Below, piece by piece: positions 40,718 through 49,808 of a DNA stretch of 64,000 bases. Numbering within the stretch: position 1 is the stretch's first letter; each line of letters starts with the position of its first letter. The translations under genes were made by a program, and so were the position numbers. The notes beneath the pieces were generated by a model, which was not told where the DNA came from, did no database searches, and saw only the letters and a program-made list of their open reading frames with translations. The stretch is from a bacterium (GTDB lineage: Bacteria; Margulisbacteria; Marinamargulisbacteria; GCA-2716485; JAYNIM01), in assembly GCA_038109055.1 (NCBI GenBank), contig JAYNIM010000003.1, positions 20,269 through 84,268 of the forward strand, read 5' to 3'.

Positions 40718-41296
40718 ATGATATTTCGACACTTATTTATAATTCTATTATTTTTTACTCCCTACCTATTTTCTCAAGAACAGTCACCCTCTAATTATGT
40801 ACGATTATTAACAAACAAAGGTTCTATCTTAATTGAACTATTCCCTAAAAAAGCGCCCGAGACTGTTGCCAACTTTTTAAAGTATGTAGATTCTGGTTTC
40901 TATACTAATGTCATCTTTCACAGAGTTGTCCCAGGGTTTGTTATGCAAGGGGGCGGTTTTGATATCAATATGGTTAAAAAAGAGACACTTCCTGCCATTA
41001 AAAATGAAGCTGATAATGGCCTTCTTAATAAAAAATACACCTTATCTATGGCTCGAACGCCTGATCCGCATTCTGCATCTTCTCAATTTTTTATTAATGT
41101 TTCAGATAATCCTTTTTTAGATTTTCGATCCAAAACATCTCAAGGTTGGGGATATGCTGTTTTTGCTCGTGTATTACCTGATAGTTATTCATTAATTGAT
41201 ACCCTCTCATCTGTCTCAACAAAACGTTTTTCTTACCATACCCATTTACCAGTTCAACAAATTATTATCGAACGCGTAGAACGATATACCCCCTAA
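40718..41296 (+). CDS. ppiA: Exported cyclophilin-type peptidyl-prolyl isomerase
   Basis: APETVANF, FHRVVPGFVMQGGG, MART.DPHSASSQFFIN; signal peptide. Confidence 0.93.
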   Translation: MIFRHLFIILLFFTPYLFSQEQSPSNYVRLLTNKGSILIELFPKKAPETVANFLKYVDSGFYTNVIFHRVVPGFVMQGGGFDINMVKKETLPAIKNEADNGLLNKKYTLSMARTPDPHSASSQFFINVSDNPFLDFRSKTSQGWGYAVFARVLPDSYSLIDTLSSVSTKRFSYHTHLPVQQIIIERVERYTP

Positions 41297-41304
41297 TCCT
41301 CGCT

Positions 41305-42468
41305 ATGTCTCATGATGAATCTATTGCTGTTTTGGGCGAAGGTGTTACGGCAAGATCTATTCACGCATATTTGAATAGGCATGGTGTTTCTTGCGTTCCT
41401 ATAGATCAGGCTGAAACTCTTATAGTAAGTCCTGGTATCCCCCCTCGAAATTTTCCTAAAACAAACGCTGCTATAGTGCCTGAGATAGAATGGAGTTACC
41501 TCAAGTTACAACAGAAAAAACAGCCCCCTTTTGTTATTGCAGTAACCGGTACGAATGGAAAAAGTACGGTCTCTACCCTTCTTGGTCATTTTCTTGATGC
41601 GCCTGTTTTTGGAAATATTGGAATCCCCCTTACTGAGGCTATTGACTGTGATCCTTGTCCCACAACGATTATTGTTGAAGTAAGCAGTTTTCAACTTGAG
41701 TGCTGCCGTTATTTTCGTGCTGATATTGTCATTTTATTAAATATTAGTGAGGACCATATTGACCGCCATACAAGTTTTGAAAACTATATTCAGGCAAAAT
41801 CAAAACTCGTTGATGCTCTCTTAGAAAAAGATCTACTTATTTATAACCAAAATGACCCTATTGTCTGTCAGTTATCAAATCGATGTGTTGCAAAAAAACG
41901 GGCTTTTTCTACAGATCTATTACGAGACTATCACTATGAGCTCCCTATTGTTAAGGATAGCCTTGCTGCTGCTATTTCAGGTGTAGAATACTTATCTATT
42001 TCACCTACCATAATTCAAGAGAAACTAAATTCTTTTCGTCCATTGGCTCATCGAATAGAAAAGGTTGCTTGTATTAAAGATCGTTTATTTTTTAATGACT
42101 CTAAATCTACGACGCCTAGTTCTACCTTAGCAGCTCTAAAAACTTTCCCCAAAAAAGTACATTTAATTTTATGTGGTAATCATAAAAATATCGACTTTTC
42201 CTCTTATAAAGAAGCTCTATTAAAACACAGCTTATCCATTAGTGTTTTTGGAGACCTTTCACCATGTATTGCCGCCCTGTTTCACTCAAGTTCTATTCCT
42301 ATATATATTCATGATACTATGCTAGATGCCGTATCATTGTTATTTCCAAAAACAAAGGCAAATGATATTATTTTATTTTCTCCTGCTGGTGCTAGTTTTG
42401 ATCAATTTCAAAACTTTAAAGAACGCGGTGAACACTTTAAATCCATTGTCCATCAACTTTGTTCATGA
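41305..42468 (+). CDS. murD: UDP-MurNAc-L-Ala:D-Glu ligase (compact)
   Basis: VSPGI, VTGTNGKST, GNIG.P, EVSSFQLE, DHIDRH, NDSKST, SPAGASFDQF. Confidence 0.93.
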   Translation: MSHDESIAVLGEGVTARSIHAYLNRHGVSCVPIDQAETLIVSPGIPPRNFPKTNAAIVPEIEWSYLKLQQKKQPPFVIAVTGTNGKSTVSTLLGHFLDAPVFGNIGIPLTEAIDCDPCPTTIIVEVSSFQLECCRYFRADIVILLNISEDHIDRHTSFENYIQAKSKLVDALLEKDLLIYNQNDPIVCQLSNRCVAKKRAFSTDLLRDYHYELPIVKDSLAAAISGVEYLSISPTIIQEKLNSFRPLAHRIEKVACIKDRLFFNDSKSTTPSSTLAALKTFPKKVHLILCGNHKNIDFSSYKEALLKHSLSISVFGDLSPCIAALFHSSSIPIYIHDTMLDAVSLLFPKTKANDIILFSPAGASFDQFQNFKERGEHFKSIVHQLCS

Positions 42469-43601
42469 TTCAAAAAAAAATTACGTCTCATATTTATTCC
42501 TTAAAAGACTGTCATTTTTCGTTGCTTTTTGTTTCTCTCTTTTTTTTACTTTTAAACCTTTTTATGATGTTTTCTACAAGTCCCATTACTGGCCTTAGTG
42601 TTTATGGTGATAGCTACTATTTTATAAAAAAAACGCTTTTTCTGGGAAGCGTGGGCTTATGTGCCCTGTTGTGTGGGTTACTTTTCCCCCTAGGGTATTT
42701 AAAAAAACTAAGCCCTCTGTTTCTTATAAGTTCATTTATATTACTTTGTCTTTGTTTTTCTGTATTAGGAGTTTCTATTGGTGGTGCTCAACGATGGCTG
42801 AACCTCTATGTTATTAATCTTCAACCTGTTGAATTAGTTAAATTTTCTTTGGTTCTTTTTTTTGCTATTTTTATGAATAATAAGCATCATCAATTACAGT
42901 ATTTTCAAAAAGGGATCCTACCTCTTTTATGTATTTTCATTCCCTTTATTTTACTTTTGCTTCTACAGCCAGATCTTGGAAATACCCTTCTTATTTGTTT
43001 GGTTCTTATCACCTTGTTTTTTTTAAGCCCGCTTCCTCTTTGGCAGCTTTGTATTCTCTGCTTAAGTTCTTTACTTACGTTTATTATTAGTGTTTTCTTT
43101 AGACCCTACCAACTTGACCGTATTTTAACTTTTTTATCTCCAGACTTAGATCCTTTTGGTAAAGCTTATCATATTAATCAATCATTACTCTCTGTGGGTT
43201 CTGGTGGATTATGGGGCCTTGGTTTAGGTCAAAGTAAGCTTAAGTTCTTTTATCTTCCCTTGCAATATTCAGACTTTATTTATTCAATTATCTGTGAAGA
43301 AGGGGGGTTTATTTTAGGAACTCTCGTTATTCTTTTTTTTCTCTTTTTTCTTTTAAAATGTTTTACGATTGCAATGCGGTCACAGGACTATTTTCAACGT
43401 TATGTTGTTTTGGGTTTAGGACTCTTTATTTGTTATCAAGCCTTTATAAATATTGCAGGTGTTATTGCCTTACTACCTATTACGGGAATTCCCTTAACCT
43501 TTGTCAGTTTTGGTGGAAGTTCTTTGGTTAGTTCCCTGTTTTATCTGGGGATTATTCTTAATATTTCTAGACTTCCTCATAAAAGAGTCAGGTCTGTGTG
43601 A
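42465..43601 (+). CDS. ftsW: SEDS peptidoglycan polymerase FtsW
   Basis: GAQRW, QPVELVK, QPDLG, DFIYSIICEEGG, PITGIPLTFVSFGGSS; lies between murD and murG. Confidence 0.93.
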   Translation: MIQKKITSHIYSLKDCHFSLLFVSLFFLLLNLFMMFSTSPITGLSVYGDSYYFIKKTLFLGSVGLCALLCGLLFPLGYLKKLSPLFLISSFILLCLCFSVLGVSIGGAQRWLNLYVINLQPVELVKFSLVLFFAIFMNNKHHQLQYFQKGILPLLCIFIPFILLLLLQPDLGNTLLICLVLITLFFLSPLPLWQLCILCLSSLLTFIISVFFRPYQLDRILTFLSPDLDPFGKAYHINQSLLSVGSGGLWGLGLGQSKLKFFYLPLQYSDFIYSIICEEGGFILGTLVILFFLFFLLKCFTIAMRSQDYFQRYVVLGLGLFICYQAFINIAGVIALLPITGIPLTFVSFGGSSLVSSLFYLGIILNISRLPHKRVRSV

Positions 43602-44629
43602 TGTCTTCATATTTTTTTGTTGTAGGAGCTAGCGGTGGGCATGTCTATCCAGCGTTAGCAATAGCGGAACTATTATCTAAAAAAGAGGTCTTCTTTATTG
43701 CCCGTAAAGATAGTCCTGCATCAACTATTTTAAATGGCTTTTCTTATCCCTGGATTACCTGTATTGCTACTAACACTTTTTTTTCTTTTATTAAAAACTT
43801 TATTATGGCTTTTTTTATATTCAAAAAACAGAGGATTCGTTGTGTTATTGGAACAGGTGCCATTGATACTGTTCCTATTGTTCTGGCGGCTTTTATATGT
43901 CGAATACCTATTTTTTTACTTGAACAAAATACCATTCCGGGTCGAAGTAACCGTTTTCTGCAATTTTTTGCTCGTAATATCTACTTAACCTTTGCTGAAT
44001 CTCAACGTTATTTTTTGACTAAGAATTTTCAACTTACAGGTAATCCTATTTGTATGACATATCCCCAAAATATCAAAAATATTGATTTAAAAGGGCTAGT
44101 GTTTGCTAAAGAAAAAACACTTTTAGTTATTGGTGGTAGTCAAGGTGCTCACGCCCTTAATGATTTTTTTATCGCACAACAACCCCGTCTTTTAGACGCT
44201 GGTTTTAATCTTCTTGTGCTTTGCGGAAATAGCTATTTTAACAAGAAATGGCCCAAAAACTCTGGTGAACCTAGGTATATCAAACAAAATAACTCTATCT
44301 CAGCAATCTACTTTCCCTATGTTGATCGCATCGACCTAGTCTATCAACAGGTTGACTATGTTGTTTCACGAGCAGGAGCAACAACCTTAAGTGAACTGCA
44401 ATTTTATAATAAATGTTCCGTACTTATACCTTATCCTTACTCTAGAGATAATCATCAAACTAAAAATGCGCTTGCAGTTATCCAGGCAGACAATTTTGAT
44501 ATCCTGAGTCAAGATAAACTTGATCTGGAAGTCTTATTAGAAAAATTATCTTACTTAAAACCACTTACACCCACACCTAAAAATCAGGCGTCTCAGCTAA
44601 TTTTAAAGACTATTAATGCTAATCTATAA
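43598..44629 (+). CDS. murG: Lipid II GlcNAc transferase
   Basis: SGGHVYPALA, EQNTIPG.SN, TGNP, GGSQGA, SRAGATT..E, IPYP...HQ.KNA. Confidence 0.95.
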   Translation: MMSSYFFVVGASGGHVYPALAIAELLSKKEVFFIARKDSPASTILNGFSYPWITCIATNTFFSFIKNFIMAFFIFKKQRIRCVIGTGAIDTVPIVLAAFICRIPIFLLEQNTIPGRSNRFLQFFARNIYLTFAESQRYFLTKNFQLTGNPICMTYPQNIKNIDLKGLVFAKEKTLLVIGGSQGAHALNDFFIAQQPRLLDAGFNLLVLCGNSYFNKKWPKNSGEPRYIKQNNSISAIYFPYVDRIDLVYQQVDYVVSRAGATTLSELQFYNKCSVLIPYPYSRDNHQTKNALAVIQADNFDILSQDKLDLEVLLEKLSYLKPLTPTPKNQASQLILKTINANL

Positions 44630-44702
44630 TTTTGATTAGATCATCATTTATAGTTTGTTACTTATGTGAAGTAGAGATTTTGATCTTTCTTTTATCAAAA
44701 AA

Positions 44703-44792
44703 CTAACTTTTATTTTTTGTCATGCGTTTTCCGTATTTTTTATACTTGTGCTTACGCATTTTTTTACGCCTTTTTTTAATTAGGCTACCCAT
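44703..44792 (-). CDS. Small basic ribosomal protein bS22/mS38 (AURKAIP1/COX24-like), not in the ORF track
   Basis: Translates as MGSLIKKRRKKMRKHKYKKYGKRMTKNKS (29 aa) with a GGAG RBS upstream; resembles the mycobacterial bS22 N-terminus MGSVIKKRRKRM. Confidence 0.8.
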   Translation of the reverse strand: MGSLIKKRRKKMRKHKYKKYGKRMTKNKS

Positions 44793-44865
44793 TTAATATT
44801 TCTCCATTTTTTTTTTGCATAGTCACATATCCTACGTGCTTCACTACAAAAAGTCAAACCCATCT

Positions 44866-45360
44866 TTAACGATATTCTTTCTTATTTCTACAGAAAACAC
44901 AGAGCCTATCTTGCATTGTCCAACTTGACTGACATAGCATACACCAAACATAGCCCATGTCTTTCATTCTTCTATTTTTAAATTTTATCTTCTCCGCTAG
45001 CGTCTTTTTTTCAATGTTACGCGCTTTTACTTGACCATTTGATTGTTTTTTTTTCGTATACGTTACAATAAGTTTTATTCCTGAAATGTTTCTTGACCGC
45101 CGTACATATTGATGTAACTTTTGGATAATTTTTTTTTCAAAAAAAGAAATTTCAGTTTTCCAACTAGGATTTTCAGATTCAATAATTATCTTTTTATTTC
45201 TACAATAAGAAAAATGTAAAACACTCTCTAAATTCCCCATAATTTTAGGCCAGGCTTTAGAAACCTCGTGATTCAATGTTAGCGTTTTAGCTGCTGATTT
45301 TACAACAGTGGATACATACCCATACTTAATTTCTGATAAACAGTTATTAAGCTGCTTCAT
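44866..45360 (-). CDS. dciA: DciA/DUF721-family protein with C-terminal CxxC...CxxC
   Basis: W..IMG...IIIES.NPSW..EISF.EKKII.KL...ISGIKL; directly after recF; C-terminal CMLC and CVFC. Confidence 0.7.
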   Translation of the reverse strand: MKQLNNCLSEIKYGYVSTVVKSAAKTLTLNHEVSKAWPKIMGNLESVLHFSYCRNKKIIIESENPSWKTEISFFEKKIIQKLHQYVRRSRNISGIKLIVTYTKKKQSNGQVKARNIEKKTLAEKIKFKNRRMKDMGYVWCMLCQSSWTMQDRLCVFCRNKKEYR

Positions 45361-46459
45361 AGCAATGAATTTTTCCTTTTTCCACTTGGTATACGTCAAT
45401 ATCATTAAATAGCCCTATATCCTCACTATTTACCCCTGTTAAAAATAGTTGATCATATTTTTTTAAATATGTTGCTAACTTTGTCTTTACCTCGCTATCT
45501 AACTCTGCAAATATGTCATCCAATAATAAAATAAGGGGCTGTTGAAACTTTTCAGATACAAGATCCCAATGAGCTAGTTTCGTGAGTACGGCAAATACCC
45601 GATTAATCCCCTTAGAAAAAAACCTAAATACACTTTGATCGTGTGATATTGCATCAAAATCATCTCTATGTGGACCTACTAGACTATAGCCCAGAAAACG
45701 TTCTTTCTGTTTATCTTCTTGTAATTTATTAAATAATACTTCTTGATATAATGGCCGTGAAAACTCCTCGATATCTAGGCGATGAAACATATACTTAAAT
45801 TGGATATTTTCTAATATATCCACAAAAAATATTTCTTGTGTCTTTTTAAAAAATTCAGATAATCGTCTTAATCCCTCTATTCTATATTCTAATACAGAAC
45901 CTGAAAGTATCGCTAACTGTTTATTTAAAATATCGCCATGTTTTTGATCCACAACATCTTGTTTGATCCATGCATTTTTTTGTTTACAGACACTTTGAAA
46001 TCGGTTTAAACTTTGACGATACTCTGTGAAATATTGTGTACAAAATGTGTCCAAAAAATGTCGTCGTTGAGCTGCTGAGTCTTGAAACTGACGATTTATA
46101 TCCGATGAAAGGTAGTCAGTAAAACAGTTTTTTGTAAATGTTTTTTTGTCTCTTGAGCATTGTTTGTTAATAACAACAGATACACCTTCTGATTTAGACA
46201 ATGATAAATAAACCTGTTTTTGTTCCTCTTCGTTAAGCTGCCACTCCCCCCCAATTACCGCTCTTTCTTTAGAGAATTGAATTAACGCGTTGCGGTCTTT
46301 TTCTTTTAACCATCCCCCAGTTAACAATATATAAATGGCTTCTAAAATCGTTGTTTTGCCTTGATTATTTTTGCCTATAAAAAAAATATATTTATTTTGT
46401 TTAACTACGTTTAATTGATTTATGTTTCTAAAATTCTGAATCCATACTTTGGCTAACAT
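45347..46459 (-). CDS. recF: DNA replication/repair protein RecF
   Basis: NFRN, GKNNQGKT..LEAI, RR.FLD, GPHRDD, LLLDD..AELD. Confidence 0.92.
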   Translation of the reverse strand: MLAKVWIQNFRNINQLNVVKQNKYIFFIGKNNQGKTTILEAIYILLTGGWLKEKDRNALIQFSKERAVIGGEWQLNEEEQKQVYLSLSKSEGVSVVINKQCSRDKKTFTKNCFTDYLSSDINRQFQDSAAQRRHFLDTFCTQYFTEYRQSLNRFQSVCKQKNAWIKQDVVDQKHGDILNKQLAILSGSVLEYRIEGLRRLSEFFKKTQEIFFVDILENIQFKYMFHRLDIEEFSRPLYQEVLFNKLQEDKQKERFLGYSLVGPHRDDFDAISHDQSVFRFFSKGINRVFAVLTKLAHWDLVSEKFQQPLILLLDDIFAELDSEVKTKLATYLKKYDQLFLTGVNSEDIGLFNDIDVYQVEKGKIHCYEAA

Positions 46460-46462
46460 ATA

Positions 46463-47593
46463 TTAGCTTTGATTAAATTCTCTTGCTCGAATTGGCATCA
46501 CAATATAGGTGTAATTTTCATCACTTGGTCGATCAAATTTGCAGGGACTTACAGCATTATTAAAGTTAATAACTAAATCATCATCCTCCATGACTCTTAA
46601 ATAGTCCAAAATTAATTTCACATTGAATGTAATCGTTAATTCACCAGCCCCCTCTAAGCTATTCGCTTCCAATACTTCTTTAAAATCACCTAATGCACTA
46701 GCTTGAGCGACGATCGTTATACTATTTGTTGCATAGCTAAATTTGATAATATCGTTGGATGCTGAGGCAATAATTGATGCACGTTCGCAAGAACTTAGTA
46801 ACTGCCGTCTAGAAACTTTCACTTTATGCTCAAACTCACTAGGTATAACCTTATCTATATCAGGAAATTGTCCTTGAATTAATCTTGAAATCAATAAAAA
46901 TTGTTCGCAAGTAAAGGATATTTGTGTCTCAGAAAATGAAATTTCAACAGTTTTATTTGGATCAAAACTTTGTAATAATCTAAAGACTTCGTTAATAGCT
47001 TTAAATGGTATGATCTTTGATATATGTGCTATATCTTGATTATAGTGAAGTGTTTTTACGGCTAATCTGTATCCGTCTGTCGATATAAAACTAACAGAGT
47101 TGTCTTTACACTCTATCAAGACTCCGTTAAAAAACTTTTTTGTATCATCGTACGATACTGAAAATATAGTAAATTTAATTAAATCTAATAGTTCTGAAAC
47201 TTTTAACGTTAATTTCTGACCACTTTCTACGTTAGGAAAGGCAGGATATTCGGCAATATTTTCACCTAATAAATTAAACTCTATACCTTCGGTTTTGATG
47301 TTTAGTGAATTTTTCTCATTGACGCTTAATTCTAAATGATCACTTTGTACTTTACTTATAATTTCATTTAATGTTTTGGCTTTTACTAAAATAGCGCCAT
47401 CTGTTTCACTTTGTTTAACGGTAATATGATTCTCTATCCCCATCTCTAGATCATTCCCCCTTACGATTAATGAGCCTTGATTTAGTGAAAGGTATAGATT
47501 TTGAAGTACAGGTAAACTGCTTTGCTTTGGTATGGCTTTTTCTACCATTGCGCAAACATCTTTAAATTTTTTTCTTTCACAACTAAATTTCAT
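46463..47593 (-). CDS. dnaN: DNA polymerase III beta clamp
   Basis: LPVLQN, NDLE, STDGYRLA, SRLIQGQFP, FNVKLILD, IVMPIR. Confidence 0.97.
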   Translation of the reverse strand: MKFSCERKKFKDVCAMVEKAIPKQSSLPVLQNLYLSLNQGSLIVRGNDLEMGIENHITVKQSETDGAILVKAKTLNEIISKVQSDHLELSVNEKNSLNIKTEGIEFNLLGENIAEYPAFPNVESGQKLTLKVSELLDLIKFTIFSVSYDDTKKFFNGVLIECKDNSVSFISTDGYRLAVKTLHYNQDIAHISKIIPFKAINEVFRLLQSFDPNKTVEISFSETQISFTCEQFLLISRLIQGQFPDIDKVIPSEFEHKVKVSRRQLLSSCERASIIASASNDIIKFSYATNSITIVAQASALGDFKEVLEANSLEGAGELTITFNVKLILDYLRVMEDDDLVINFNNAVSPCKFDRPSDENYTYIVMPIRAREFNQS

Positions 47594-47599
47594 TAAAGC

Positions 47600-47806
47600 C
47601 TCCTATAGGGTGTTATTATATATATTATATATTTATATATTTATTAATATTAATATGCCTTGTGTATATGTGGATTCCTTGCATAGATTCTACTTGAATT
47701 TTTTGTTGATAACCTTGTGCAAAAGATCTGTATTGATTCTTGATAAAGATATGGATATTGATGTTCTATATATTGTTAATAGGTTCTTCACAGGGTTCTC
47801 CACATA
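47600..47806. other. oriC, unwinding sub-region (dnaA-dnaN intergenic)
   Basis: AT-only tract 47613-47656 ending in trios TAT TAA TAT TAA TAT, then GCCT, then overlapping boxes TGTGTATAT/TGTGGATTC (47661-47677). Further boxes TGTTGATAA, TGTGCAAAA, TTCTTCACA, TTCTCCACA. The + strand is C-rich in sampled dnaN lines and G-rich in sampled dnaA lines. Confidence 0.8.
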
Positions 47807-49150
47807 TTATTCTTGTTTTAAAACATTGATTAGAAAGGTAATTGATTTTTGTGTTTCACTGTTATCTTTTAACTCTTTCTTTACTTTTTCGCAGGCATGA
47901 ATCACGGTAGTATGATCTCTATTTCCAAATTTCTTACCAATTTCGGGTAACGATGATTTGGTTAATTCGCGTGATAAATACATGGCTATTTGGCGTGCAT
48001 GAGCAATTTCTTTTGTTCTGCATTTAGAATTTAAATCTTGAACACTAATATTAAATAGGTCAGAGGTCTTTATTTGTATTCTCGAGATAGTGATGGGTTT
48101 TTCATTTTTCAGTGTCACCATGTCGCTAATTACTCTACTAGCAATTGATAATGTCATGGGGGTGTCCATGAGGGATGTATATGCGAAAACTCTATTTAAA
48201 GCTCCTTCCATTTCTCTAACGTTTCCCGACATTTGACTCGCTATAAAATGAAGAATTTCATCGGCTAAAACTGTTTTATTTAATTCTGTTTTCTTCTTTA
48301 AAATTGCAATTCTTGTTTCTAATTCAGGTGGCTGAATATCCGCAATTAATCCCCATTCAAAGCGAGTTCGAAGTCTTTCCTCTAGTGTAAGAATATTTTT
48401 TGGAGGACGATCGGAGGTCAAAATAATCTGTTTTTTTTGACTATGTAAATCATTAAATGTGTGAAAAAATTCTTCTTGGGTTTGTTCTTTTCCAGATAAA
48501 AACTGAATATCATCTACAATTAATACATCCACAAATCTATATTTATCACGGAATGTTTCTAGTTTTTTATCTTTAATTGCATTAATCATGTCGTTTGTGA
48601 ACGTTTCACAGGACACGAGTAATATTTTTGCGTTTGAATTTTTTTCTAATACTTGATGTGCAACGGCGTGTAATAGATGTGTTTTACCTAAACCTGCAGA
48701 TCCATAAATGAAAAGTGGGTTGTATATTTTTGCGGGTTCTTTCGCTACTGCATAGCAGGATGCATGTGCAAAGCGATTGTTTTGGCCAACCACAAATGAA
48801 TCAAAACTGTATATTGGGTTAAATAATTGTTTGTTTTTTGTTGACTTTTCTTTATCAAAAATAGATAGTTGTTCTGTTTCTTTAGGTAGTGTAGGACTTA
48901 TATTGTAGCTGATAATTACAGGGTGATTGTGTTGTTCAAATAAGCTTAATACTATTTTTTCGCAAAAGTCCTTAAACCAGTTTTTTGAGAATTCATTTGG
49001 GACTGATAATAATAGATTTGAGTTTTCAAGTGATATGGGGGTTGCAGAGGCTAAAAATGTTTGATAAGCAGAATTAGTTAATGTTTTATTTAAGTTTTCT
49101 TTTACTTTATCCCATATATAATCTAATGATATCTCTGTCGCTTTATTCAT
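47807..49150 (-). CDS. dnaA: Chromosomal replication initiator DnaA
   Basis: YNPLFIYGSAGLGKTHL, DDIQF, QEEFFHTFN, RL.TRFEWGL, NVREMEGAL, RDHTTVIHA. Confidence 0.99.
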   Translation of the reverse strand: MNKATEISLDYIWDKVKENLNKTLTNSAYQTFLASATPISLENSNLLLSVPNEFSKNWFKDFCEKIVLSLFEQHNHPVIISYNISPTLPKETEQLSIFDKEKSTKNKQLFNPIYSFDSFVVGQNNRFAHASCYAVAKEPAKIYNPLFIYGSAGLGKTHLLHAVAHQVLEKNSNAKILLVSCETFTNDMINAIKDKKLETFRDKYRFVDVLIVDDIQFLSGKEQTQEEFFHTFNDLHSQKKQIILTSDRPPKNILTLEERLRTRFEWGLIADIQPPELETRIAILKKKTELNKTVLADEILHFIASQMSGNVREMEGALNRVFAYTSLMDTPMTLSIASRVISDMVTLKNEKPITISRIQIKTSDLFNISVQDLNSKCRTKEIAHARQIAMYLSRELTKSSLPEIGKKFGNRDHTTVIHACEKVKKELKDNSETQKSITFLINVLKQE

Positions 49151-49329
49151 AAATGTAATTTTCTTATTTAAAGTTAGGAATTTATTTTACTAAACTACTA
49201 TATAGTTCTGAGCGATTCATGTAAAGGTTTGTATGTGACGAATAATTTGCGTGGTATTGTTTTGTAAGGTATTAGAGAGCATAAGACTTATCAAATTTTT
49301 ATTTTCTTGTATGAGTGTTGATGGGAGAA

Positions 49330-49775
49330 GTTATTACCAAGTTATACACAGAGCTATTTATATATATTTTTTTTTAGTATAGGGGGGGGATTTTAGCTAC
49401 TGTTGTATATTTTTTTTTACAGTATTGGGTATAAAGCTTGTTTTTATCACAAGTTATACACAGTTTTTTTTTTTTTAATTGGGTGACTGTAATTTTTGAA
49501 TTTTTTGTTATATATGAGTCTATGATTGTTTTTTTTAAGGTTATATTGAGATTGATTTTCTTATTTTTATAAAAGTAAGCGTATGGATTTCATGTATAGA
49601 TAAAGGTTCTTTTTTTTGTAAAACTGAAAATAGTTGAGGATGTTTTTAATAACTTATCCACATTTTTTTAATCAAATATCTTTGTTTGAATTAGTGGGGT
49701 AATGTGGGTTCGTTTTTTTTTTAATAGTGAATGATAGGCGTCTTTATTTTTTATTTATCACAGGTTATACACAGG
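49330..49775. other. oriC, upstream DnaA-box cluster
   Basis: TTATACACA at 49342, 49454 and 49765; TTATCCACA at 49654; TTTATCACA partners at 49443 and 49754. Confidence 0.8.
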
Positions 49776-49808
49776 TTGTTTTTATTGAGTATTTATGTAT
49801 ATGGATAG

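Noticed and set aside
44362..44377. Additional parS in murG (TGTTTCACG...)
   Set aside because: Half-site only, explained by the conserved VSRAG motif.
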